Below, piece by piece: positions 37,143 through 50,000 of a DNA stretch of 64,000 nucleotides. Position numbers and translations under genes: made by a program. The notes beneath the pieces were generated by a model. That model was not told where the DNA came from. It did no database searches and saw only the letters and a list, made by a program, of their open reading frames with translations. Location: assembly GCA_958296135.2 (NCBI GenBank), contig CATQHZ020000001.1:2272001-2336000 (forward strand), read 5' to 3'. How positions within the stretch are numbered: the stretch's first letter is position 1; each line of letters opens with the position of its first letter. The DNA is from an uncultured Poribacteria bacterium. GTDB taxonomy: Bacteria > Poribacteria > WGA-4E > WGA-3G.

Positions 37143-40100
37143 TCACTTCAATCCTGTCCCTTTCTTGATTTCACCGAACGTGGTGAACTGCCGATTGGCA
37201 GGGGTAACATACCCCTTCATCCGGCGCGTCGCCAATGCCTGCCGCGTGCCATCAAAGGAGACATCCTCGATCTGATAGAAATAGAGGACACCCGGCACCG
37301 CGGTCTTATCGGTGAAGGTGTAGGTGCTGCGCTCGCCGGTGGTGCCGGCTCCAGCAATCAACGTAGCGTTGATGACTTTGAAACCTTCGGCGCGCGTCTC
37401 GCTGCGGAGAATGCGGAACCCTGCATTATTCAATTCTGATGCGGTTGCCCAGGTGAGCACCACGCCTGCCTGCGTATATGCGGAAACGTGGAAGGTTGTC
37501 AATTCCACCGGCAAGGGGCCACCAGCGCGGAAGCCTGGGGTGCCCAAGTCATCTTCATGCCCGTAAAAGAGGAACAGCGGGGCGTGGCGAAACAGCGTGT
37601 CGTCGGCGAGTATCCACCCATCCGGCTCCCTGCCATCGCGCGCAATGCCAGTGCCCTGAAGGTAGCGTCGGATGAGAGAGGTGCGTTCGCCATCTTCGGT
37701 ATACCCCGAAGGGAGCGGCCAGACAGGTTTATCTTGGGTGCGTCTGTTGCCATCAAGGTTCCCCACGAAATCTATCACGGCGCGCTGGCTGTCCCTGAGG
37801 CGTAACGAGAAGCCGACTTGACTGATAACGGTAGTGCGCGCGGTTGCCATATCCAGAGCTCTTCGAGCGGGGGCATTAGCCCAGAGGTTATAGAGCCGTT
37901 CGGCAGGGAAAAGCTTCCTATCGGAGGTGCTCCCGTTGCGCGAGACGATGAGGAGCGTCTGGTTCGGCAGCAAGAGCTTCTCCGGGAAGATTAAAGTGGC
38001 GTTCAAGGCACCGCCGAGGTCTGGGGCGTGGAAGTTCTCGAGCTCCAACTGCCAGTCTTTCAAGTTCACCGCCTGCGTTTTGGAACTGTTATAGAGTTCT
38101 ATCCACTGCGGCAAACGGCCATCGTCGGAGGCAAACATGATTTCGCTGATAGTCACGTAGACATCGTTTGCAAAATCGGCGCGCTTGCCCTTGATGGCAT
38201 CGTTGGGGTAGCCGGGCGTGCCACCGTTGGCAGCACTGTCATCGGCACCTCTGTCGTAACCCAGCCCCGTGTATGCAGCTTGAACCCAAGCATCATTGTG
38301 GTATCCGACTCTATTCGGATTATCGCGCCGCCAGACAAGCCCACTGCTCCCGGCATCTAAATCCTCCTCTCTGTCGCCCGCCTTGGGCGCGAGAGTGGAG
38401 TGCAGGGGCCAGACTTTCGTGCGGTAGGTGCCGCTGTCCAGGTCATGGAGGTAACTACCGGCAAGATCCACGATAGCCTCGTGCGTGCCGCGTTTATCGT
38501 TCGCGCTGCGCAGCAGCAGCAAATACTGCCCGGTATCCGGCAGTGCCAGCGTATCGCCCGCGATATGAAAGCGGTGTGAATAACCGGCAGCCAGAAATTT
38601 CGAGTCGTTCCTGCTGACACCGATTTTCGCGCCATAGGCGAGGACGGTATCCTCCGGTGACGTGCTGACAACAAGCAAGACACCCTGAGCCGGTATCGTC
38701 CAGGCATTGTCATTCGGCATCACAAACAGACGAGTATCCTCAGGTGTCTTCGTCGCATCCGCACCGGGTATCAGGATGCTGAGCTCCCAGTTTTTGAGGT
38801 TTACGGCACGATTGGTGACGTTGCGCAATTCTATCCAGTCACCCTCACTTCCCTCCGCGTTACCGATTTCATTGATGATGACCGGGGCTCTCGGCACGGG
38901 GGTAGTCTCCCAAACCGGCTGTTCCGATGGCTCTGCCCCCGGCGTGCCGACTCTCGGGTCGGCGATGTTTTTTGACGGCGGTGCCGCCGCACGCCAATTC
39001 GCACCGTTAGTGCCATCCTTGGCGGCTGTGAACTTATCGTCATCGGTTGCCGACGCAGCTAGGCCATAGTCGATCTCGCGATACATGGCGATGATCAATT
39101 TCACATCCTGATTGTTAAGCGAGCCGCGTTCACTGCGGCCGTTCTGTCCCGGCACATTCCCAACGAAACTATTCCATCCAAAACCCGAGTTGCTCACCTG
39201 ATCGATGACATCGTAGGACATGCCATCAAGCGTTCTCTCGCTTTGCACGTCATAATCGCCTCTGATAAAATGTAGTTTCCAGCCACTCAGGGAAACAGAA
39301 TTTCCCGCGCCCGAAAACCCCATGTTGTAAAGTTCTATCCACTGGCTGGCTGTCTCCGGTACGGCGGCGGCATCCAGGCCCCACATGATTTCACTGATAA
39401 CCACGGCGCGTTTTTTCATCCCCGCCGTTTTTGGCGCGAGAAGCTCAAGCGTGCCGCTGTTGCGGAAAAATACCTCCAAGTTCTCCCATTCGCTATCGGT
39501 TCCCCAACTTTTTGTGGCAGGCATTTCCAAGCCGCCCACGGCGAGAGAGAAAGGATGCACAACGAGGAAGTTGTCCTTTTGAATTGCCCCGCCTAAATCG
39601 ATGCTGCCATCAAAGGGGACCGGGGGAACGGTGCCATCGATTTCAGGATAGTAGATACGCTGAGTGTAGGGCGGCAGCAAAACGCCTTGTCCGTGCCGCG
39701 TAAAATCGGTGAGATCCGTCTCAGCCGCACCGCCAAATCGCATCCAGTCCCATTCAAAGGGTGTCTCGTCCATCCAACCGCCATCCAGATCTATGTCTCC
39801 TTCTTGCACGGTGTATTTGTAGAGCAGGGTAGGATAGCCGCCATCAACGGTTTCGGTGTAATCATGCACATCTGTCGAGTCCAGTCCGAGATAACCGCGT
39901 CCCCGGTCTGGCGCATCGTCATTGGGCCCGCCCTGGTCAAACGCTGCACGGATAGCGGCATTCGCCGAATGGAGCGGGATGCTAAACGCTATCTCAATCC
40001 AGATATCTTCGTCAACGCCCACGGTGATATCCTCGTTGATTATCTCGGTGCCGGTCCCATCCGCTCGTTGTCCGTTATCATCAACTTCAACATCGCCGGT

Positions 40101-40826
40101 GTAGATTTTAATATCGGTAATCTCAGTGCCGATTTTGGGGTAGATGACGAGCTTGGTAAAGGGGGCGAGTTGTTGGCCACCGTCGAAGTCAACGAGCACG
40201 TCAATTTCCTCACCGGCATCTTCACCGTCCTCAGTGTAGAGTTTTCCTCCCCGAAAGGGTGTCTCGTCAAACCAGCCACCATCCAAATCCATGTCTTCTA
40301 ACTGAACCGTGTATTTGTAGAAGATGCTAGTATAGGTAGGATTCGGGGCATCTCCTTCTGGTTTAATATCGGGATAAGGCATCGCAGGTTTCAGATAGTC
40401 TCGCCCGCGCGCGGTATCAACGGGACCACCACGGTCCAGTCGCAGTTCCAGTGCAGCCGCCGCTGCGTCAATTTCGGGGGTATCATCCGCATTTTGAGGT
40501 GTTTCGGTAGCGGCCTCGATGCCGGGAGGCTCAAAGACTATCTCAATCCAGATGTCTTTGCCGACACCGATGTAGGTATCCTCGGTTACCTCGTCGACTG
40601 GAGACTCATCCTCGGTAGTATCGTCGACTTGAGTTAACTCATTTGTTTCGCTCAACATCGCGGTAGCCCCGTCTTTCGCGGTATAGATGTGAATGGCACT
40701 GATGGTGGTGCCTTCTTGTATTTCTTGGGCATTGACTGGCATTGGGAGTGTCAACACCGTAGCAAGGCTTGCAATACACAAGAATGCGAGACACTTGCGG
40801 ACACTATTTTCAAAGGTGTGGTTCAT
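37143..40826 (-). CDS. Secreted lamin-tail-domain protein, 1227 aa
   Basis: Signal peptide; LTD motifs ISEIMW..QWIELYN, IINEIGN..DWIEL, ISEIMF..QWIELYN; C-terminal GGPLPVELTTF Ig-like domain and TTFGEIK tail. Confidence 0.8.
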   Translation of the reverse strand: MNHTFENSVRKCLAFLCIASLATVLTLPMPVNAQEIQEGTTISAIHIYTAKDGATAMLSETNELTQVDDTTEDESPVDEVTEDTYIGVGKDIWIEIVFEPPGIEAATETPQNADDTPEIDAAAAALELRLDRGGPVDTARGRDYLKPAMPYPDIKPEGDAPNPTYTSIFYKYTVQLEDMDLDGGWFDETPFRGGKLYTEDGEDAGEEIDVLVDFDGGQQLAPFTKLVIYPKIGTEITDIKIYTGDVEVDDNGQRADGTGTEIINEDITVGVDEDIWIEIAFSIPLHSANAAIRAAFDQGGPNDDAPDRGRGYLGLDSTDVHDYTETVDGGYPTLLYKYTVQEGDIDLDGGWMDETPFEWDWMRFGGAAETDLTDFTRHGQGVLLPPYTQRIYYPEIDGTVPPVPFDGSIDLGGAIQKDNFLVVHPFSLAVGGLEMPATKSWGTDSEWENLEVFFRNSGTLELLAPKTAGMKKRAVVISEIMWGLDAAAVPETASQWIELYNMGFSGAGNSVSLSGWKLHFIRGDYDVQSERTLDGMSYDVIDQVSNSGFGWNSFVGNVPGQNGRSERGSLNNQDVKLIIAMYREIDYGLAASATDDDKFTAAKDGTNGANWRAAAPPSKNIADPRVGTPGAEPSEQPVWETTPVPRAPVIINEIGNAEGSEGDWIELRNVTNRAVNLKNWELSILIPGADATKTPEDTRLFVMPNDNAWTIPAQGVLLVVSTSPEDTVLAYGAKIGVSRNDSKFLAAGYSHRFHIAGDTLALPDTGQYLLLLRSANDKRGTHEAIVDLAGSYLHDLDSGTYRTKVWPLHSTLAPKAGDREEDLDAGSSGLVWRRDNPNRVGYHNDAWVQAAYTGLGYDRGADDSAANGGTPGYPNDAIKGKRADFANDVYVTISEIMFASDDGRLPQWIELYNSSKTQAVNLKDWQLELENFHAPDLGGALNATLIFPEKLLLPNQTLLIVSRNGSTSDRKLFPAERLYNLWANAPARRALDMATARTTVISQVGFSLRLRDSQRAVIDFVGNLDGNRRTQDKPVWPLPSGYTEDGERTSLIRRYLQGTGIARDGREPDGWILADDTLFRHAPLFLFYGHEDDLGTPGFRAGGPLPVELTTFHVSAYTQAGVVLTWATASELNNAGFRILRSETRAEGFKVINATLIAGAGTTGERSTYTFTDKTAVPGVLYFYQIEDVSFDGTRQALATRRMKGYVTPANRQFTTFGEIKKGTGLK

Positions 40827-40900
40827 TCATTTCCTCCTTAAAAAAGGGCCTTCCACTTCAAGCCTTAGGAACGCGGCAGTTTGCCTCTTGTTTTCACATC

Positions 40901-41032
40901 ACGAGGGACAGTGGACATCTCTGCAGCGAGGCTGCAGAGATGACAAAGTTTCGGCGTGACGGCCCTCGCGCTACGGATTAAAGGCGGCCGTCTCTCGCGC
41001 TACAGATCGCGAGGGACAGGCCCTCGCGCTAC
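40901..41032 (-). repeat. REP cluster including a REP interrupted by a 50-bp mini-element (40911-40960)
   Basis: CGCGAGGGACAGGCCCTCGCGCTAC at 41008-41032; interrupted copy at 40901-40974. Confidence 0.75.
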
Positions 41033-41057
41033 GGGTTAAAGACAGATGCCCTCACGC

Positions 41058-44000
41058 TTATTTTCTAACGACTAACTTACCAGTGGCAGTGAAATCGCCC
41101 GCGGTGAAGGTGTAGAAATAGACACCACTCGCCACACGTTCCCCTTGCTCATTGCGGCCATCCCAATAGGCGGCGCGCGCCTTAGTGCGGAACCCGCCCG
41201 CCGGGCGATGCCCTAATGACAACGTCCGCACCACGCGCCCGCGCACATCATAAAATGTCAAGGACACGGAGGCGGCTTCTGCCAAGTCATAGGGTATCCA
41301 CGTCTCCGGGTTGAACGGATTCGGATAGTTCGGCAAAAGTGCTGTCTCCTTGGGGATTGCCAACGCGGCGGCGAGCCGTTCCAATTCCCGAATGCCGCGC
41401 TGGAAAGTTGCATCAGGCAGATTTAACTGCTTCGCCTTGTCAATCCACGGTTGCAGGCGACTGGCAGTGAGCGTCGGATGCACGGGTGCAGCCCCGGCCT
41501 TCGCTTCTAACGCCCCGAGCACGGCTTGCACATCCTGCGGATTGACGACACCGTCGCCGTTGACATCAGGGTTCTGTTTTTTGGCGCGCTGCACCGGCTG
41601 CCCATTGCCGCCGGCGGCGAAAACCAGGTCTTTGATATTTACCTCGCCATCGCCGTTAACATCCGCTGCCTCAAATGAGAGCTGCAGCGTCGCCAATGTC
41701 TGCTCAACTCCATCGAAAGACGCCTCTGTCAGCCGATACCAATACGGCACGCCCGCGTCTACCTTCGCATCGGTGAACGTATAAGTTTGCGGCTGGCTCG
41801 TTGTGCCCGCGCCCGGAATGAGCGTATCGTTACAGCTGCCGAAGACACCGTCTCGCGTTTCACAACGGAGGACGTTGAACCCGGCAGTCGTGGCTGCCTC
41901 GGCGGTAGTCTCCCAGGTAAGCACGACACCTGCACCGGTGGCGGTTATCTCAAAGCGAGAGAGCATGCTGCCGCGATACCCCGGCGTACCCAGATCGGAG
42001 GGAGCACCGTAAAACAGGCCCTCCCCATCGCGTTGGGCGGCGAGATGCGTCTCGTCTGCGGCGAGCCATGCCTTTGATTTTTGCCCATCTAGTGCGGCAC
42101 CATCGATATAGCGGCGCAACAGAGAGACGCGCGCGCCTGCCCTCGTTTGCACGGGCGGCAAGGCCCAAGCGTTCTTCCGCTGTGTGCTATCGAAATTGCC
42201 AACAACGTCCACTACCTGTTCCTCCCGGTCTTTCAACGTCAGCGAGAAGCCGGTGGCACTCAGCACCTTATCGGCGCGGGATGCCATGCCGAGCGGTGCA
42301 GCCGCCTCATCATAGAGCGAGTAAACGGAAGTCTCTGGCAGATGCCCACTCATTGGCCACGGTTCGCTTGAAACGAGGCCGCGGCCGACAGCGCGCGGCT
42401 TTATCGGCCGGGCAGCGGAAGAGACAAGCAGCACCGTCTGCCGCGGCGCGATGATGAGTCCCTTCGTGAAGACTAGCGTCGCATTGCGCCGCGCATCCAC
42501 ATTCTTGGCAGCATCGTTCCGAATCTCCAATCGCCAATTTTCAAGCGACACTGCTTCGGATTCGGAACTGTTGAACACCTCTATCCATTGCGGTAGCGCG
42601 CCAGCGGCAGCATCGCGAGGGACAGCCCCGCGCGCCACGGTGCCAGGGGCGAACATCACCTCGCTGATGGAAACGCTGGTTGGGTTTTCTAAGGCCGCGG
42701 CTGTCGTTTTCAGCGCATCGTTGGCATAGCCCGGCGTGCCGCTGTGCTTCCCACCGGCATCTGTCGGTGCAACAGCTCTGTCGTAACCGATGCCGGTATA
42801 AGGGGCTTGCACGAAGGCGTTCTCACAGAACCCATCAATCTGTGTGTTCGCCCGCGCCCACACTTCCTCACTGTGGAAGTTGAAGTTGGAGTAATCTTGG
42901 ACATCCAAGACCAGGGGCCACATCAACGTCGGTTCTGCTTCAATCATGGCGGCTTTGTAATAATTGCCGGCGATATCGCGGAGGTTCTCCGCCGTGCCCT
43001 CGGCTGTCGCGCTATCGCGGAGAATGAGCAGGAAGTCACCATCCGGCAGCGCAAGGCCTGCATCAACATAACACTGAGAGGACGGCCTGCCTACCGTCAC
43101 AGCGGTTTGCCCGGGCAGCAGTTTGTCGATAGGTATCGCCGGAGCGATGCCGCCCGCCAGCGGATGCCCATCACGCATCGGATCCGTCTGCATCAGCAGC
43201 AGATACCCACGCGCCGGTATCGTGATGTCTGTCTCAAAATGGACAAACTGCCGGTCGTGCGCCGAACCGTCTCCCGATTCCAGCGCGTCTCTCGCGATGT
43301 CGTGCACCACTGCCTTATCAACGATGCTGATGCTCCAGTCCTTCAAGTTGATATCCTCGTAAGAGAGATTGAACAACTCCAGCCAGTCGTAGGTATCGTC
43401 CGAACGGTTCCCGATTTCGTTGATGATTACGGTTTTGTGCGCGATAATCGCCGGCACCGCGGGCGCGCCATCCGGCGGCAATTCCCCATCCTCATCTTCA
43501 TCTTCATCCGTATCCGGCGGTTCATCCGAGACGGGGCTCGAACTCGGCGAGCCGGTGCCGTTCGGCGACCAGGGACTCTTGCCTTCCGCATTCCGCGCAC
43601 GCACTTGCACGTGATACGTCTCCTTCGCTTTCAAGCCGGTCAAATCGGTGCTGGTGCCGGTGCCATCATACTTCGCGTTTGTCCACGAACTCGCACCCGT
43701 GGCACGATACTGCACATCGTAGTCGCTGACCGGCAGGCCGGCACTTTCCGGCGCGCGCCACTTCACGCGGAGTTTCGTGGTGCTGCCTGCAACCGATGAA
43801 ACCTTCGGCTTCGCCGGACGCTCGGGGCCAGACACATCGGTGATGCTCACCGTCAGCATCTGTTTCACCGTTTTCGCGCGTTCCCCTGTACCGCTTGTCG
43901 CCATCACTTCAATAACAGACTCGTTGTTACGCGCGGCGTTCGCCGGTTCACTACTCTCCGCATCGCCAGGGTTCTCGTAGTCCGGTGCCTTCTTGAACCG

Positions 44001-47000
44001 CAACTCGTTGCCGTTCTTGAGCGTAAACACCGCCGCATCTACCCCGCCGCTAATCTGATAGCCCATGATTTTGTCGCCTTCATCATCATCAACAGCGACG
44101 AGCGTCACCACCTGCATGGTGTTTTCGCGAACAGAAGGCTGTGCCTTGCTTATGAAGCGCGGCGGGGCATTCGCGTCTTCGGAAGGATCTGCGATAAGAT
44201 TCGTTGTCCCTTTCCCTAGCGGAGACCAGAAGCCGTAGCCCTCTATGTTTTTCGCGCGAACTTGAGCTTGATACTCGGTGTTCACCTTCAGCCCAGTCAG
44301 TGTCAGTGAGGTGTCAATCCCATTGTGACCGGCATCACGGTAACTCCCCGTATCTCCCTCGCGATACTGCACATCGTAATCGGTTATCGCCGGCCCCAAC
44401 TCCACCGGGGCTGTCCACGTTACTGACAATCGTGTGCCGCTGCCAGCAACCGGCGACACTGTCGGCATCGCGGGCTGTCCGGGAGGCCCGACATCGCTCA
44501 CCTCTACGCTGAGCTCCATACTCTTTGACAGCGCGCGTTCATTGGCACCGCTTGTCGCCATGACTTCAACGATATACTCGTTGTCGCGCCCCTCATCCGC
44601 CGGATTCTCATAATCCGGCGCGGTTTTAAACCGGAGGACGTTGGTGCTCGATTCGATTTCAAATAAGTTTCTATCAGTACCCCCGCTAACAGCGTAGGTC
44701 ACCGTCGTGTCGCTTGGATCCGGATCCGTAGCAACTAACGGAACAACAGCACGTTTATTTTCAGGCACCAATTGCTCTTCCTGTATACTGCTGAAATCGG
44801 GTCCGTTATTGTTGATTGTTGTGCCCTCGCCAGAGGCAGACCAGGGGCTGGTGCCTTCCGCATTCTTCGCGCGCACCTGCACTTGATATGTCGTGCCCGT
44901 TGCCAACCCGGTGAGCGTCGTCGAGGTGCCGGTCCCGGCGTAATTCGCATCGGTAAAGCTGCCGGTGCCGGTGCGATACTGCACATCATAGTCGCTGATC
45001 GCCGGCCCCTTGTTCGCCGGTGCCGTCCACGCCACCTTCAGCGTCGTGAGCGTGCTCTCGCTCACCGTCGGCGCATCCGGCTTTCCGGGTGCCTCCCCAT
45101 CCTCATCCGTGACGGTGATGGTGAATGTCTGCCTGGTTGACAGTGCACGTACGTTTTCCCCACTCGTCACTTTTACGACGACGAGGTATTCGTTGTTGTT
45201 CGCCGCATTCGTCGGTTCGGTGCTCGCTGCATCACCGGGTGCCTCATAGTTCGGCGCGTTCTTAAACAGCAGCTGGTTGCTCGTGTCAAGTTCAAACAGG
45301 GCCTCATCCACGCCGCCCACAATCTCATACCCAATGATGGCATCACTCGGGTCCGTATCCGTAGCGGCCAACGTGACGATAGCCGTATCGTTCTCTACTA
45401 TTGTCTGCCTAGTGCTAGTGGTGAACGCCGGGCCGTTATTGACGGCTGTCATCCCCGTGCCAGAGGCAGACCAGGGGCTGTCCCCCTCGTCGTTTCTCGC
45501 CCTCACCTGCACTTGGTATGTCGTGCCGGTATCCAACCCTGTCAGCGTCGTGGTGGTGCTGGTTCCCGTGTGCGTCTGCGCCTGCCACGCTATCGGAGTC
45601 GTGCCGCTCTTCCCATACTGCACATCGTAATCGTCTATCGCCGGCTTGCCGCTGTTCGATGGTGCCGTCCACGTCACCTTCAGTGTCGTGAGTGTGGCGC
45701 CCGAAACGCTCGGTGCCGTCGGCGCATCGGGCGGCTCGTCAACATCATTGACGCTAATCGTCAGCGTCTGCTTGGCAGTGGATTCGCGTTCACCGCTCCC
45801 ACTGGTAGCCTTGACGACAACGATGTATTCATTGTTTGCCGCCGCGTTGGCGGGCGACGTGCTCTGCACATCTGTCGGACTCTCATGATTCGGCGACGTT
45901 GTGAATCGCAACTTATTGGTACCCGCAATCGTAAACGCGCCGGCATCAACACCACCGCTAACCGCATAACTAATGCTGTCACCGGCATCCGCATCCGTGG
46001 CATTCAGCGTGAGGATGTTGGTAGTTATAGCACTATTTTCATCGACACTGCCGGTGCCGGTGCCGGTGCTCGCGAACACTACGTCGGCATTCGTCGCCGT
46101 GCTACCACTCCCGCTATCCGACCAGGGGCCGGTCCCCTCGGCGTTGCTCGCACGCACCTGCACCTGATACGCCGTCCCTTTCGTGAGACCGCGCAGCGTC
46201 GTGGAAGTCCCGGTCACGGTGCCAGCAGCGAGCGTGAAATTCCCCGTGCTCCCTTGGCGATACTGTAACTTATACCCGCTTATCGCCGGCCCGGTGTTCG
46301 TAGGCGCAGTCCACGTGACGCTTAACTGCGTCGGCGTAGCCGAAACCCCCGACACCGTCGGTGCGTCAGGCTTGCCGGGCTTCTCTGTAACATCTGTCAC
46401 CGTTACCGTGAGCGTTCGTGTGGAACTCCCCCGGCCACTCGCGGTGGCTTTCACCTTCACGATATATTCGTTGTTGCCCGCTGCATTGGCGGGCGTGGTG
46501 CTCTCAACATCCGTCGGATTTTCATAATTCGGCGCGGCGGCGAACGTCAACACACCGCCCGTGGTAATCGAGAACTTGGCTCTATCCACGCCGCCCTCGG
46601 CATCCGTACCCGGAATAGAGAAGGTGACATCGGCATTCGTGGCATCCCTCGCCGTGACTGTCGTTACCGCTGTCGTATTCTCCGCCACCGAATACGTGGT
46701 ATCCGTCTCGCCGAACCGCGGCAGCAACGCCGAAGCGTCGTTTGTCGTACCCGTGCCCGAGCCAGACCAGGTGCTCTCACCCTCGGCATTATTGGCGCGC
46801 ACCTGCACCGTATACTCCGTGCTAGGCGACAACCCTGTCAGCGTCGTGGAAGTGCCGGTACCGGTGTGCGTCCACGACTGCCACACTACAGGATTCGTGC
46901 TGCTCTTCCTATACTGCACATCGTAATCGTCTATCGCCGGCTTGCTCGGGTCTGACGGTGGTGCCGTCCATGTCACCTTCAGCCTATCCACGTAGCCGGT

Positions 47001-50000
47001 TACCGCTGTCACCATCGGCTGACCGGGTGCACTCGGCGGTTCATCCGCATCTGTCACCGTGATGGTGAACAGCCGGGCCGTTTCTGCCACCCGGGCACCC
47101 GCACCGCTCGTCACCGTAATCTGCACCTTGTAGACGTTGGTACCTGCAGCCGAGGCAGTGGCCTCAAAATCGGGGGCAGCCGCGAACACTAATTTCCCTA
47201 TGTTTGTCCCTGTCTCCGTAATAGTAAACTTCGAGCTATCCGCGCCACCGCTTATCCTATACCGCGTGACGCTATCGCCCGCATCGCTATCCGTCGCACT
47301 GACAGTGCTTACCGCCGTGGTGTTTTCCGCAACGGAGAACGTCGTCGTGGAGAAACTCGGGGCCACATTCACCGCCGTCGTGCCATCGCCTTCATCCGAC
47401 CAGGGGCCTGTGCCCTCAGTGCTTGTCGCACTCACTCGCACCTCATACGCCGTCCCTTGCGTCAACCCGGTCAGCGTCGTCGTCCGCGTCGCGCCCGTGA
47501 AACTTGCATCCTGCCATTCGCCAGCCGGCGGCCCCTTTGTCCGATAGTGGACATCATAGTCGGTTATCGCCGGCCCGGTGTTCGTAGGCGCAGTCCACGT
47601 GACACTTAACTCCGTCGGCTTGGCAGACACTGCCGTGACTGTCGGTGCGTCAGGCTTGCCGGGCTTCTCTGTAACATCTGTCACCGTTACCGTGAGCGTT
47701 CGTGTGGAATTCCCCCGGCCACTCGCGGTGGCTTTCACCTTCACGATATATTCGTTGTTGCCCGCAGCATTGGCGGGCGTGGTGCTCTCAACATCGGTCG
47801 GATTTTCATAATCCGGCGCGGCGGCGAACGTCAACACGCCGCCAGAAGCGGTAATCGAGAACTTGGCTCTATCCACGCCGCCCTCGGCATCCGTACCCGG
47901 AATAGAGAAGGTGACATCGGCATTCGTGGCATCCCTCGCCGTGACTGTCGTCACCGCTGTCTCATTCTCCGCCACCGAATACGTGGCATCCGTCTCGCCG
48001 AACCGCGGCAGCAACGCCGAAGCGTCGTTTGTCGTACCCGTGCCCGAGCCAGACCAGGCGCCGTCACCCTCGTCATTATCGGCGCGCACCTGCACCGCAT
48101 ACGCCGTGCTAGGCGACAACCCTGTCAGGCGCGTTGTCAGCGTGGCATCGGCGGCAAGCTCATCCACTGTCCCTGTGAAACTCACCGGGGTTCCATCTAC
48201 GCCATACCGCACATGGTAGTGCGCTATCGCCGGCTTCCCGGTGTTTGAAGGGGCCGTCCATGTCACGTCTAACTTATCGGAATAGCCTGTCACCGCTGTC
48301 ACCGATACCGCCGGCGGCGCGCTCGGCGGCTCGTTGGCATCCGATACCTCCACGATAAGCGTGCGCGCCTGAGCGGATAACGCCCGCGCTGTCCCCGCCG
48401 CACTCGTCGCTGTCACAACCACAACATACTCGTTGTCCGTTGCCGCATTCGTCGGGCTCGTGCTGACAACATCGCCGGGGTTCTCATAGTCCGGGGCCGT
48501 GCGGAACGTTAAAACACCCCCCGGCGACGTAATATCAAATTGCCCGCTATCCACACCGCTGAGCGAATAAGTGATAGCATCGCGCGCCGCATTGCTCGAT
48601 GTCTTATCCGGGTCTGTCGCACTTACCGTCGCAACCGCTGTCGTATTCTCTGGCACCGCGGACAGCGTGATGGGACTCAAAACCGGTCCCTCGTTCACAT
48701 CTGTCACCGTTACCGTGAGCGTTCGTGTGGAACTCCCCCGGTTCCTCGCTGTGGCTTTCACCTTCACGATATATTCATTGTTGCCCGCCGCGTTAGCGGG
48801 CGTGGTGCTCACAACATCGGTAGGATTTTCATAATTCGGCGCGGTGGCGAACGTCAACACGCCGCCCGTGGTAATCGAGAACTTGGCTCTATCCACGCCG
48901 CCCTCGGCATCCGTCGTCGGGATAGAGTAGGTGACATCGGCATTCGTGGCATCCCTCGCCGTGACTGTCGTCACTGCCGTCGTGTTCTCCGCCACCGAAT
49001 ACGTATCTGTCCCATCGAACTGTGGCCGCAACACCGAATCTGCGTTAGTCCTGCCGGTGCTAGAGCCAGACCAGGCACCGTCACCCTCGTCATTATCGGC
49101 GCGCACCTGAACCACATACGCCGTGCTCGCCGACAACCCTGTCAGGCGCGTTGTCAGCGAACTAGCGGCAATCTCATCCACTGTCCCTGTGAAACTCACC
49201 GGGGTTCCATCTACGCCATAGCGCACATGGTAGTGCGCTATCGCCGGCTTCCCGGTGTTTGAAGGGGCCGTCCATGTTACGTCTAACTTATCTGAATAGC
49301 CTGTCACCGCTGTCACCCCTGTCACCGTCGGCGCGCTCGGCGGCTCGTTGACATCTGCGACGGTGACAGCAATTCGCTGCGCTGTGGACAGCCGCCGGAG
49401 GTCTGCCCCTCCGGTCGCGCTGACTTCAACGATATAGACGTTGTTTCGCGCCGCATCCGCCGGGGCAGGCGTAGTATGCGCCGCATCCGCCGGATTTTCA
49501 TAGTCGGGGGCTGCCTTGAAAGATAGGGCACCGGTGTTGGTAACAGAAAACTTCGCGCTATCCGCACCACCGGTGACTTGGTAACCAGTGATGCTGTCAC
49601 CGGCATCCGCATCCGTGGCGACTACTGTGCCGACAGCCGTCGTATTTTCATTAAGCGAGAAACTCGTCGAACTCGTGAAACTCGGGGCATTGTCCGCCGC
49701 CGTGGTACCAGTGACAGCCGGGGTCCACGCGCTTAAACCATCGGCGTTTTTCGCGAGCACCCGAACCTGATAACCCGTATTCTGTGTCAACGAACTCAAC
49801 ATCACCGATGTGCCAACACCGGTGTGCGCTGCAGCTGTCCAACCGCCACTGTTCCCTTGCCGATACTGGACATCATAACCGCTCAGCGCGGGCCGCCCCG
49901 CATTATTCGGCGCGCTCCAGCCAGCCGTGAGAGTCGTGAGTGCCGTGGCAGTTATCTTGAGCCCGGTGGGGACTAAGGGTTTCTCGGTAGCGTTCGTCAC

